A stretch of DNA of 49,474 nt, filler included, from Heptranchias perlo (lineage: Eukaryota), in the NCBI RefSeq assembly GCF_035084215.1. It is 3 parts of 3 records of this genome, joined end to end, with 100 filler letters (N's around TTAATTAATTAA, not from the genome) between each part and the next. Parts side by side here need not be neighbours in the genome. Positions count along the whole stretch, not along the records: positions 1 to 13,870 come from NC_090363.1; 2 more parts are not named here. One strand, given 5' to 3'. How positions within the stretch are numbered: the stretch's first letter is position 1; each line of letters begins with the position of its first letter. The notes under the pieces are model-generated. The model was not told where the DNA came from and searched no databases. It saw only the letters and a list, made by a program, of their open reading frames with translations. The translations under genes were made by a program, and so were the position numbers. Shown one piece after another: positions 1 to 10,699 of the stretch.

Positions 1-200
1 TTTCTCTTCAAATACGTGTCCAATTGCCTTTTGAAAGTTCCTTTGGCATCTGCTCCCACCGCCCTTTCAGGGAGTGCGTTCCAGATCATCACAACCCTCT
101 GTGTGAAAGAATCTCTCCTCGTTTCCCCTCTAGTTCTTTTGCCAATTATTTTAAATCTATGGCCTCTGGAGGAAAGAGTTTCTCCCTTCTTGCTCCATCA
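1..200 (-). mobile_element. CR1 LINE 3' fragment
   Basis: Reverse complement resembles the CR1 ORF2 C-terminus (TRG..FKI....FFTQRVV.IWNAL). Confidence 0.65.
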
Positions 201-734
201 AAAGCCCGGATAATTTTGAGGGATAAATACTGGCCCAGGACACCGGGGAGTAGATTCCGAGGACTATTGAGAGGAGTTCCTGAGACTGACCCAATGATAA
301 TGTCTTCAGAGTGTGAGGTTCACCCATATTGGGGGAGGGCGGGAGGCTTCAGAGTGAGATCCTTCGAAACCCCTCCATCCTGTGTCCTCCCAAGCCCATT
401 CGTTCATTCAGCAGATAGTTCAGATCCTTCCTCGCCGATTGGTGAATTCTAGCTTTGAAGGGAATGGGAAAACCTACCTCATTGGCCAAACCTTTGGTCA
501 CCTGTCCTCATATCTCCCGATGTAGCTCGGTGTCGAATTTACGCTCCTGTATAAATGCAAGTTGTGTTTGGATCTCCCTGACCGAGCTGACACTTGACGA
601 TGCCCGTCCCCTGACTCCCGCTCCCCGCACCATTATCATCCTCCGAGGTGAGTCGTCCTCGCATGTGATGGCGGGAACGTAATCCCATCTTGAATACGTC
701 CCTTCGCCGTGACTGAAGTCTCTTCTCACTGTAG

Positions 735-1019
735 GTTTTGGGCTCCAACCCGCGATACGATTGGACGGTTACCGCAAGGAGGGAATCGGGATCCAGTGCC
801 AATCTTCGGGTTGGTACCCTGCTCCCGTGATGCACTGGGCGAGCGGAGACGCCAAGGACATGACGGCGGAGGCCCAGACTGAGGCGGTGAGGAACACGGA
901 CGGTCTCTACAGGGTCTCGAGCGCCCTGGAGGTGACCAGCCGACCCAGCAACACCTTCAAGTGCCTGATACGCAGCACCATCTTGAAACATTCAGAGGAG
1001 TCCAGTCTGCACATCCCAG
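735..1019 (+). CDS. Butyrophilin-like gene, IgC domain exon (upstream leader/IgV exons lie outside the window)
   Basis: tgtag acceptor at 733-734 and g|gtcagt donor at 1020, phase 1/1. Translation (G)FGLQPAIRLDGYRKEGIGIQCQSSGWYPAPVMHW...DGLYRVSSALEV...FKCLIRSTILKHSEESSLHIP has the BTN/B7 IgC pattern (CxSxGWYPxP, DGLY, second Cys). Confidence 0.93.
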
Positions 1020-1227
1020 GTCAGTGAGGTGACTGCACGCCATTGAACAGAGAGCAAAAAAAAAAACAGTGACCCCCCCCTCCGCGGGATGTGCCAGAGG
1101 TCGACCAGTGCCCAGCTCCAAACGATCGCCTCGGGAGAGGACGGTTAACAGATTGTGGGGGTGAGGGGAGCGAGGACGGATTCGCACTGTGCTCACAATT
1201 GGTGCAAAATAGGTTGCTGCATTCGTC

Positions 1228-1540
1228 ATGGGGGGAATCTAAGACTAGGGGACATAGTCTCAGAATAAGGGGTCGCCCGTTTAAGACGGAAATGAGGAAG
1301 AATTTCTTCTCCCAGAGAATTCTTTACTCCAAAAAGCTGTGGAGGCCGAGCCATTGAATACACTCAAGGCTGAGTTGGACAAATTTTTGATCAGCGAGGG
1401 AGTCAAAGGATAGGGGGAAAGGGCGGGAAAGTGGAGTTGAGGTAAAAATCAGATCTCATTGAATGGCGGAGCAGGCTCGAGGGGCCGAATGGCCTACTCC
1501 TGCTCCTATCTCTTATGGTCTTATGATCTCTTATGATCCA
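1228..1540 (+). mobile_element. CR1 LINE 3' end
   Basis: GESKTRGHSLRIRGRPFKTEMRKNFFSQR plus the 3' UTR hairpin and tcttatg-type tail. Confidence 0.85.
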
Positions 1541-1698
1541 TTCAGTTCCCCGTTTTCCAGTATCTACAGTGGTGTGGGGAGGGCGTTGTTGGTGACACGG
1601 TGAGGCCCAGTTGGAGCGACCCTGAGAACCCGCGGGCGTGGGATCGGAGCCGGGGTCAGTTTAATAATCGGAGACCTTCCTTCTGCTTCTGTTTCCAG

Positions 1699-1818
1699 AT
1701 GAATTCTTCCCTCGGATGTCGGGTTTTTTCACCGCTTTCATCCTGTTTTTACTCTTGCTCCTCGGATTACTCGCGGCTGCGGCGTACTTCATTGTAAAAA
1801 AGTGGAGAATTATAAAAG
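1699..1818 (+). CDS. Butyrophilin-like gene, transmembrane exon
   Basis: tttccag acceptor and g|gtacaa donor, in frame with the IgC exon. DEFFPRMSGFFTAFILFLLLLLGLLAAAAYFIVKKWRIIK: the BTN-typical FFP, a hydrophobic helix and basic stop-transfer residues. Confidence 0.92.
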
Positions 1819-2331
1819 GTACAAGGCGCTGGTCACTGATAATACTCGTGTTATGGTTTGAGAGTGAGGGGGGCGCCATTTTGAGAGTGAGGGGGGCGCC
1901 ACTTTGAGAGTTGAAATGGGGAAAGAAAACACCCAGTTGAATTTAATAGATTTAAATCGCAGCAACTAAACCGTTATATGTGAATGAGTTTTCAGTACTT
2001 GAGTTCTGATGAGAACACAAGCCTTGGGGGCATTTCTCGGGGTGGGTTGGAGCTGAGTTGTGATCCAAGCACTGCTGTCGGAGGAGCTGTGGGTCCAGTC
2101 AGTGACGGGAGATTGTACACTCGGTATTTTACAATACACTTGCTGATTGATCGTAGCAACAGGATAATCTGCTGTGCGTTGTATTGGTATAATGCTGCAG
2201 TCCTTGTTCAATATTGCATCATTCATCTTACCCAAGAGCGATGCCCCCCCTAACAAATATACGTTATGGTATTGTGTGTCTGTACATCGAACAGTTCTTA
2301 CATACGTACAAATCTCTCCGTTGTCTTTCAG

Positions 2332-2358
2332 AGCTTCGCAAATGCCCTACCGAGAACG
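2332..2358 (+). CDS. Butyrophilin-like gene, juxtamembrane micro-exon 1 (27 nt, ELRKCPTEN)
   Basis: ttgtctttcag acceptor, g|gtaagg donor, phase 1/1, open frame. Confidence 0.8.
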
Positions 2359-2849
2359 GTAAGGAATATTCAGTGTAAACGATGCTAATTCCAGCTTCAC
2401 CTTTGACCTCTGCATTCTCTCCACACATATAACCAATGGACAGTCTGTAAAATCGCCTGTCGCCTTTTACCAGCAGTCACTGTTATCAGGGTAGCTGGTT
2501 GGGCCGTGTCGTTGAGTCAAATGCCGTTTTTATCCCATGACGTCTTTAGCGGGTGTTTCTCCCACTCCGTTTTTCCGTGAAAATTGCCAACCAGCGACTT
2601 TGGTCCTTATTTGCGGAACCTTAATTGGAATTACCGTGTAGGATCCAGTCCAATTGAGGATATCAGTGAGCGTAGCACTGGGTTATGATTCCTGCACCAG
2701 CAAACTTGGAGATTGTGAGTTCAAATCCCAACCCCCTACGTTGTGAAATTGAACTCGATAAATCCAGTAATTTGTGGTCTAAATTCGGCCTTGCTAATGA
2801 CGACAATGTCCCGAGACTGAATAAGAAAGACATAGTTACTTGCTGTCAA

Positions 2850-3290
2850 GTCCCATTCACCCATCACCCCTGCGCTCGCTGACCTACACTGGCTCCCAGT
2901 CCACCAACGCCTTGATTTCTCATCCATCAACATCTCTCCGCCCTCCCCACCTCTGTAACCTCCTCCAGCCCCTACAACCCTCCGAGATCTGTGTTCCTCC
3001 AATTCTGGCCTCTTGCCCATCCCCAATTTTAATCGCTCCACCATTGGCGGCCGTGCCTTCAGCCGCCTGGGCCCTAAGCTCTGGAATTCCCTCCCTAAAC
3101 CTCTCCGCCTCTCTCTCCTTTTTAAGACGCTCCTTAAAACCTCCCTCTTTGACCGAGCTTTTGGTCACCTGTCCTAATATCTCCTTATGTGGCTCGGTGT
3201 CAAATTTTGTTTGATAATCGCTCCTGTGAAGCACCTTGGGACGTTTTACTACGTTAAAGGCGCTATATAAATGCAGGTTGTTGTTGTTGG
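2850..3290 (+). mobile_element. L2-type LINE 3' fragment
   Basis: IGGRAFS..GPKLWNSLP-type coding remnant and the tail aggcgctatataaatgcag(gtt)n shared with other copies in the window. Confidence 0.8.
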
Positions 3291-3331
3291 GAATGGCTGA
3301 TCACTAATCTTTGTTTTTCTTTCTATTGTAG

Positions 3332-3358
3332 AGCACAAAACTTTATTTAGGAAACAAG
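3332..3358 (+). CDS. Butyrophilin-like gene, micro-exon 2 (27 nt, EHKTLFRKQ)
   Basis: Long pyrimidine tract ending ttgtag, g|gtaaga donor, phase 1/1. Confidence 0.8.
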
Positions 3359-3579
3359 GTAAGAGGAGTAAATATTCACCCTGTCCCGTCTCAAGCCAAG
3401 CGTGGCTGGTCCTTAAATCTCCACAGTGCTGGTTCCCAATTATCCACAAATCTAGAACATTCCAGAGTACTCTGTGTAATAAATGAGGCACTGTGTAGAA
3501 TGTTCCAGAGTATCCTGTGTGGAAAATAAAGGGGACACCAGAGCACTGAGTTCTAGGGTATCCAGAGTACCCCATGAGG

Positions 3580-4138
3580 TAAATGGGGCACTGCGTTCTA
3601 GAGTACCCCATGAGGTAAATGGGGCACTTGGTTCTAGAATAGCCCCGAAGCAAGTGGGGCGCTGGGTTCTAGAATAGCCCCTGAAGTAAGTGGGGCGCTG
3701 GGTTCTAGAATAGCCCTTGACGTAAGTGGGGCGCTGGGTTCTAGAATAGCCCTTGAAGCAAGTGGGGCACTGGGGTCTAGAATAGCCCTTGAAGTAAGTG
3801 GGGCACTGGGGTCTAGAACAGCCCTTGAAGTAAGTGGGGCACTGGGTTCCAGAACAGCCCTTGAAGTAAGTGGGGCGCTGGGTTCTAGAATAGCCCTTGA
3901 CGCAAGTGGGGCGCTGGGTTCTAGAATAGCCCTTGAAGTAAGTGGGGCACTGGGTTCTAGAACAGCCCTTGAAGTGAGTGGGGCACTGGGTTCTAGAACA
4001 GCCCTTGAAGTAAGTGGGGCACTGTGTTCTAGAACAGCCCTTGAAGTAAGTGGGGCACTGGGTTCTAGAACAGCCCTTGAAGTAAGTGGGGCACTGGGTT
4101 CTAGAACAGCCCTTGAAGTAAGTGGGGTGCTGGGTTCC
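3580..4138. repeat. 36-bp minisatellite, about 15 copies (gggttctagaatagcccttgaagtaagtggggcgct)
   Basis: Directly visible tandem units. Confidence 0.95.
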
Positions 4139-4309
4139 ATGTACCCTCCCGTGGAAAGAGTTTTACTGGGAACCTAATACTGGAAGGACTGGGCTTGTTG
4201 ATGATAGTGAGTCCAATACATGGTGGTTGTTCCATTGCCCGCTCTTGATGTGCCTCAAATGGAGGAGTCCAGAAGGGGCATTTACAATTTCTTGTTGTGA
4301 TGTACCTCC

Positions 4310-4832
4310 AAGGCACAAGTCAGGAGTGTGATGGAATACTCTCCACTTGCCTGGATGAGTGCAGCTCCAACAACACTCAAGAAGCTCGACACCATCCGGG
4401 GCAAAGCAGCCCACTTGATTGGCACCCCATCCACCACCCTAAACATTCACTCCCTCCACCACCGGCGCACAGTGGCTGCAGTGTGTACCATCCACAGGAT
4501 GCACTGCAGCAACTCGCCAAGGCTTCTTCGACAGCACCTCCCAAACCCGCGACCTCCACCACCCAGAAGGACAAGGGCAGCAGGCACATGGGAACAACAC
4601 CACCTGCACGTTCCCCTCCAAGTCACACACCATCCTGACTTGGAAATATATCGTCGTTCCTTCATCGTCGCTGGGTCAAAATCCTGGAACTCCCTTCCTA
4701 ACAGCACTGTGGGAGAACCTTCACCACACGGACTGCAGCGGTTCAAGGCGGCGGCACACCACCACCTTCTCAAGGGCAATTAGGGATGGGCAATAAATGC
4801 CGGCCTCGCCCACATCCCCAGAGTGAATTTTA
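4310..4832 (+). mobile_element. CR1/L2-group LINE 3' fragment (second family)
   Basis: KAQVRSVMEYSPLAWMSAAPTTLKKLDTI...SWNSLP. Other copies at 19060-19440 and 26920-27630. Confidence 0.85.
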
Positions 4833-5038
4833 AAGACGTGTAGGTGGGAAACAAGGAAACTAAGTACAAACTGAGTTTGAACTAAAAGCTTCTCCTGAGG
4901 GTCAGGGGTTGGAGAAGTCGCCGATGATTTAATTTACTATTGGACGGCTCGGTGCCCGCCCGCAGGGACTAGGCCCAGAGCTCGGCCTTTACTTATCATG
5001 TTTTTTGATGCCTCTTTTTTTCTTTTTTTTTCCCCCAG

Positions 5039-5059
5039 AGGAGCTCAAGGTCGAAGTGG
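5039..5059 (+). CDS. Butyrophilin-like gene, heptad micro-exon 3 (21 nt, EELKVEV)
   Basis: T-rich tract ending cccccag, g|gtgagt donor. 21-nt heptad exons are characteristic of BTN genes. Confidence 0.82.
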
Positions 5060-5414
5060 GTGAGTTTTCCAGATAATAAAACACTTTGGCAGATGCTTCC
5101 CATCGCCTCCTTCTCTCAACGGAACTGCTCTGCTCCATTCCCAAACCCCCTAAGCACAGCCCGTAGGTCAATTAACTGTAACGCTGCGGCCAGTCGCACG
5201 GTCAGTACCGTCGAGCGCAGGAGGCCGCGCGGGTTGACGTGCTGACCTACCGCGCGGGGTGGTCAGAGCGGGTTTGGCCGGCTTGCCGTTCTCTACCTGG
5301 TGATCTCCCGAGCTCATTGGGGAAGGAGGGGGAAGAGGCTGGGAGGGAGATACGGGGGCTGCCCCCTAATCAGAGAGAGTTCAAACGGACTATTCCCACT
5401 CCGCCTCCCCACAG

Positions 5415-6233
5415 GTGAGGTTATGCACTTTGGCAGGAAAAATCGGAGAGCAAGTTATTATCTTAATGGCGAGAAACTGGAAAGTACTGCAGTACAAAGG
5501 GATCTGGGGGTCCTAGTGCAAGAAAATCAAAAAGTTAGTATGCAGGTGCAGCAGGTGATCAAGAAGGCCAACGGAATGTTGGCTTTTATTGCTCGGGGGA
5601 TAAAATATAAAAACAGGGAGGTATTGCTGCAGTTATATAAGGTATTGGTGAGACCGCACCTGGAATACTGCATACAGTTTTGGTGTCCATACTTAAGAAA
5701 AGACATACTTGCTCTCGAGGCAGTACAAAGAAGGTTCACTCGGCTAATCCCGGGGATGAGGGGGTGGACATATGAGGAGAGGTTGAGTAGATTGGGACTC
5801 TACTCATTGGAGTTCAGAAGAATGAGAGGCGATCTTATTGAAACATATAAGATTGTGAAGGGGCTTGATCGGGTGGATGCGGTAAGGATGTTCCCAAGGA
5901 TGGGTGAAACTAGAACTAGGGGGCATAATCTTAGAATAAGGGGCTGCTCTTTCAAAACTGAGATGAGGAGAAACTTCTTCACTCAGAGGGTAGTAGGTCT
6001 GTGGAATTTGCTGCCCCAGGAAGCTGTGGAAGCTACATCATTAAATAAATTTAAAACAAATGGACAGTTTTCTAGAAGTAAAGGGAATTAGGGGTTACGG
6101 GGAGCGGGCAGGAAATTGGACATGAATTTAGATTTGAGGTTAGGATCAGATCAGCCATGATCTTATTGAATGGCGGAGCAGGCTCGAGGGGCCGATTGGC
6201 CTACTCCTGCTCCTATTTCTTATGTTCTTATGT
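5415..6233 (+). mobile_element. 5'-truncated young CR1 LINE
   Basis: Long open frame VMHFGRKN...RDLGVLV...LYKVLVRPHLEYCIQFW...RMRGDLIETYKI...; intact 3' UTR and tail. Confidence 0.93.
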
Positions 6234-6528
6234 AGGTATCTCCGAACAGCCAAGAATGTGCTCACCTCCCCGGTAGAGGACGGTACACAGCAGCCTCTCT
6301 ACAGGCCCTTGTAATGGCCGTGACCGCGGGAGGGGTCAGAGGCCGGGCCCCGGGGGGGTCAGAGGCCGGGCTCCGGAGGTCAGACGGGGTGAAAGGTCTT
6401 TCTGCCTCTTTGTGCATAATGAAGACCCCACTCCATCCATTTTGTGTAGATTTGTAAACACAAACCTGAGTATTTGGTTTCTCCGCTATCACAAACTAAT
6501 TTGCTTTTTTTATTTTGTTTTCCTTCAG

Positions 6529-6549
6529 ATAACGCCAAAGTTAATTTAC
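6529..6549 (+). CDS. Butyrophilin-like gene, heptad micro-exon 4 (21 nt, DNAKVNL)
   Basis: ttttccttcag acceptor, c|gtaagt donor, phase 1/1. Confidence 0.8.
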
Positions 6550-6596
6550 GTAAGTCACTCTCAGTCCAATGTGTGAGGGGAGTTGATTTGTTTTCC

Positions 6597-6778
6597 CCCG
6601 ATCGCGCCGTCCCCCGATCGCGCCGTCCCCCGATTGCGCCGTCCCCGGATCGCGCCGTCCCCGGATCGCGCCGTCCCCGGATCGCGCCGTCCCCGGATCG
6701 CGCCGTCCCCCGATCGCGCCGTCCCCCGATCGCGCCGTCCCCCGGCTCGCGCCGTCCCTCAATCGCGCCGTCCCCGGC
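6597..6778. repeat. 16-bp CpG-rich minisatellite, about 11 copies (gatcgcgccgtccccc)
   Basis: Directly visible tandem units. Confidence 0.92.
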
Positions 6779-7039
6779 TATCTATCTATCTTTCTCTCTC
6801 TCTCTCTCTCTCTCTCAAGTTTATGGAGGGTGGAAGATGGGAGGCCGGCCAGGAGATTATTGGAATAGTCCAGGCTGGAGGTCCTGGTAACGGATGAGAG
6901 TTTCAGCAGCAGATGAGCTGAGGCGGAGGCAGAGACGGGCGATGTTACGCAGGTGGGAGTAGGCGGTCTTGGTAGGTTCATTCTGATTGGATGAACTGTG
7001 ATCGGGGACCTTCGGTTGTGTCTGGTTGAATCGAACATT

Positions 7040-8010
7040 GTGCCCGAGGATCCATCCTCGGCCCCTCCTATTTCTCATCTCCATGGTGCCCCTCCGCGAC
7101 ATCATCCGAAAACACAATGTCAGGTCCCACATCTATGGTGACGACACCCAGCTCGACCTCACCACCACCTCCCACCACTCTTCCACTCTCTCCGATTTGT
7201 CTCATTGCTTGTCCGACATCCAGACCTGGATCAGCAAAAATTTCCCCCAATTAAATGTTGGGAAGACCGAAGCCGTTGTCTTCAGTCCCCACCACAAACT
7301 CCGTTCCCTCGGCCCCCGACTCCATCCCTCTCCCCGGCCACTGTCTGAGGCTGAACCAGACCGTTCGCAACCTTGGTGTCCTGTTTGACCCTGAGATGAG
7401 CTTCTGACCCCATATCCGCTCCATCACCAAGACAGCCTACTCCCACCTCCATAACATCGCCCGTCTCCGCCCCGCCTCAGCTCATCTGCTGCTGAAACCC
7501 TCACCCGTGCCTTTCTTACCTCTAAACTCAACTATTCCAATGCTCCCCTGGCCGGCCTCCCATCTTCCACCCTCCATAAACTTGAGCTCATCCTAAATTC
7601 CATTGGCTCCCGGTCCGGGAACGCCTCGATTTTAAAATTCTCATCCTTGTTTTCAAATCCCTCCGTGGCCTTGCCCCTCTCTATCTCTGTAACCTCCTCC
7701 AGCCCTACAACCCTCCGAGATCTCTGCGCTCCTCCAATTCTGGCCTCTTGGGAATCCCCGATTTTCTTCGCTCCACCATTGGCGGCCGTGCCTTCAGCTG
7801 CCTGGGCCCTAAGTTCTGGAATTCCCTCCCTAAACCTCTCCGCCTCTCTCTCTCCTTAAAACCTACCTCTTTGACCGAGCTTTTGGTCACCTGTCCTAAT
7901 ATCCCCTTTTGTGGCTCGGTGTCAAATTTTGTTTGATAATCGCTCCTGTGAAGCACCTTGGGACGTTTTACTACGTTAAAGGCACTGTATAAATGCAAGT
8001 TGTTGTTATT
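7040..8010 (+). mobile_element. L2 LINE RT/3' fragment (a short inverted L2 piece also lies at about 6815-6965)
   Basis: PLLFLI...HIYGDDTQL...CLSDIQTW...LNVGKTEA (degenerate YADD motif) and the L2 tail. Confidence 0.88.
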
Positions 8011-8052
8011 TGGCTTCTTATTAACAAAAGTATCTTTTTTTTTTCATTACAG

Positions 8053-8079
8053 TTCTAGAGAAGCAGCTATCGAAATCAG
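8053..8079 (+). CDS. Butyrophilin-like gene, micro-exon 5 (27 nt, LLEKQLSKS)
   Basis: Poly-T tract ending ttacag, g|gtacgg donor, phase 1/1. Confidence 0.75.
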
Positions 8080-8624
8080 GTACGGTCTCAAATATCACTG
8101 GGCAGCTGCAGTGCCCGGTCTGAGAATGGCCCATCTCCTCAGGCTTTCTCTTTTTTCCCCCCACCCATGTGGTGCAGGGAGTTACAATCGGTTACCAGAC
8201 CCAGGCTTGAAGGGGTACATCTCCTCTCTGAGTGGGGTTCGATAGTAACCACACTATGGTGTAACTACTATGATACGGTGGTTCATCAAAGCCCATTGCT
8301 GTAGAGAGAGCTTCAACACTCCAACACAGCCGGCCGCTGAGTACCAGACCTCGCGAGTCGGGGGGGGGGAAGGTCTCGGAATATTCTGCCCCGTGTGATA
8401 CTGAACGTTCAACACTTCCAATATTTACAAGAGTGGCATTAAGGGATATGGGCCAAAGGCAGGTATATGGAGTTAGATTACAGATCAGCCATGATCTTAT
8501 CAAATGGCGGAGCAGGCACGAGGGGCTGAATGGCCTACTCCTGTTCCTATGTTCCTATGAAATTCAGTGGATTGAATAACTGGTTCTGAAAATCCTTTAA
8601 CCTTTGATCGTTTGTGTTTTTCAG

Positions 8625-8651
8625 CTGTGGAGAGAGTCGTTGCTGATGCAG
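8625..8651 (+). CDS. Butyrophilin-like gene, micro-exon 6 (27 nt, AVERVVADA)
   Basis: tgtttttcag acceptor, g|gtgaga donor. Matches the usual 27-nt exon that precedes a B30.2 exon. Confidence 0.8.
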
Positions 8652-8768
8652 GTGAGACACAAACCGTCCCGTTCCGTGGGTCTGATTCTTCACCTCGATT
8701 CCCAGATCTCAAACTGTGGGGCTCCTCATCTCTCTCACTCCCTCCAGGCTCATCGGAACCTGAACTCT

Positions 8769-9615
8769 CCATTGGATGAGGTCAAACTGGGCAGGACCAT
8801 CCATTGGAGGAGGTCAAACTGGGCAGGACCATCCATTGGATGAGGTCAAACTGGGGCAGGACCATCCATTGGATGAGGTCAAACTGGGGCAGGACCATCC
8901 ATTGGAGCAGGTCAAACTGGGCAGGACCATCCATTGGAGCAGGTCAAACTGGGCAGGACCATCCATTGGAGCAGGTCAAACTGGGCAGGACCATCCATTG
9001 GATGAGGTCAAACTGAGCAGGACCATCCGTTGGAGGAGGTCAAACTGGGCAGGACCATCCGTTGGAGGAGGTCAAACTGGGTAGGACCATCCGTTGGAGG
9101 AGGTCAAACTGGGCAGGACCATCCGTTGGAGAAGGTTAAACTGGGCAGGACCATCCGTTGGAGGAGGTCAAACTGGGGCAGGACCATCCGTTGGAGGAGG
9201 TCAAACTGGGGCAGGACCATCCATTGGAGGAGGTCAAACTAGGGCAGGACCATCCATTGGATGAGGTCAAACTGGGCAGGACCATCCATTGGAGCAGGTC
9301 AAACTGGGCAGGACCATCCATTGGATGAGGTCAAACTGAGCAGGACCATCCATTGGAGGAGGTCTAACTGGGCAGGACCATCCGTTGGAGAAGGTCTAAC
9401 TGGGCAGGACCATCCATTGGAGAAGGTCAAACTGGGCAGGACCATCCGTTGGAGGAGGTCAAACTGGGCAGGACCATCCATTGGAGGAGGTCAAACTGGG
9501 CAGGACCATCCGTTGGAGGAGGTCAAACTGGGCAGGACCATCCGTTGGAGGAGGTCAAACTGGGCAGGACCATCCGTTGGAGGAGGTCAAACTGGGCAGG
9601 ACCATCCATTGGAGC
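8769..9615. repeat. 32-bp minisatellite, about 26 copies (ccattggaggaggtcaaactgggcaggaccat)
   Basis: Directly visible tandem units. Confidence 0.95.
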
Positions 9616-9624
9616 AGCAGCCAA

Positions 9625-10100
9625 TTTGAGAGAGTTCCAGATTCCCACTCCCCTTTGTGTGAAGAAGTGCTTCCTGACATCACCCCTGAACGGCCTGGCT
9701 CTAATTTTAAGGTTCTGCCCCCTTGTTCTGGACTCTCCCCACCAGAGGAAATAGTTTCTCTCTATCCACCCTATCAAATCCTTTAAACATCTTTAAACAC
9801 CTCAATCAGATCACCCCCTTAATCTTCTAAACTCGAGGGGACACAAGCCCAGTCTGTGCAACCTGTCCTCGTAATTTAACCCTTTTAGCCCCGGTATCAT
9901 TCTGGTGAATCTGAGCTGCGCCCCCTCCAAGGCCAATATATCCTTCCTGAGGGGCGGGGCCCAGAACTGAACCCAGTCTCTCTAAATGTGGTCTGACCAG
10001 AACTTTATACAACTGAACAATAATTTCCACCCCTCTTGAGGTGAAGCCCAACATTCCATTAGGCTTTTAAAATGATTTTTTTTGTACCTGTCCACTAGTT
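9625..10100 (-). mobile_element. CR1 LINE fragment
   Basis: Minus-strand LYKVLVRPHLE and ESRTRGQNLKIRARPFRGDVRKHFFTQR. Confidence 0.85.
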
Positions 10101-10178
10101 TTTAGTGATTTCTGTACGTGCTAGTAGTTCGTGTGAATGGTCTGACTCCCCCCCCCCCACCCCCCTTTGTGTTGCCAG

Positions 10179-10699
10179 TTTCTGTGACCTTCGACCCCGA
10201 GACTGCCAACCCCTACCTGGCCATTTCGGAGGACCGGCTGACCATCTTCTTCAACGAGGACTGGCAGGACTTCCCGGACTGCGCAAAGAGATTCAACGCC
10301 CGGCTGTTTGTGGCGGCGACGGAAGGTTACGAGGTCGGGAGCGGGAGCCAGTACTGGGAAGTGAACGTGGGCAGTAAACCGGACTGGGACCTGGGAGTGG
10401 TGCGGGAGTCTGTCTCCAGGAACGACTGGGCCACGCTGGCCCCCGAGAACGGTTACTGGACCATCGGCAAGCGGGGCGAGAGCTACGAGGTCAACGGCGA
10501 GCCCCCCAAACCGATCGAGGGAAAGGCCACGGCCCAGATCATCGGGATTCACCTGGACTGCGACGGGGGAACGGTGGGGTTCTACAACGTCGACAGCATG
10601 GCCCTGATCCACACCTTCACCACGACGTTCACCGAGAAGATCTACCCCTTCTTCAGCCCTTGGGGGTCCAGCGAGGTTATGAAAATCTCTCCCCTTTAA
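10179..10699 (+). CDS. Butyrophilin-like gene, terminal B30.2 (PRY-SPRY) exon
   Basis: ttgccag acceptor, phase 1. VSVTFDPETANPYLAISED...RFN...QYWEVNVGSKPDWDLGV...PENGYWT...IGIHLDCDGGTVGFYN...IYPFFSP carries the LDP/WEV/LDYE-type B30.2 motifs; stop TAA at 10697-10699. Confidence 0.95.

Noticed and set aside
8769-9615. CRISPR-like regular 32-bp repeats (also 30060-30980 and 46318-48695)
   Set aside because: Units are head-to-tail with no unique spacers, there are no cas genes, and the context is eukaryotic.
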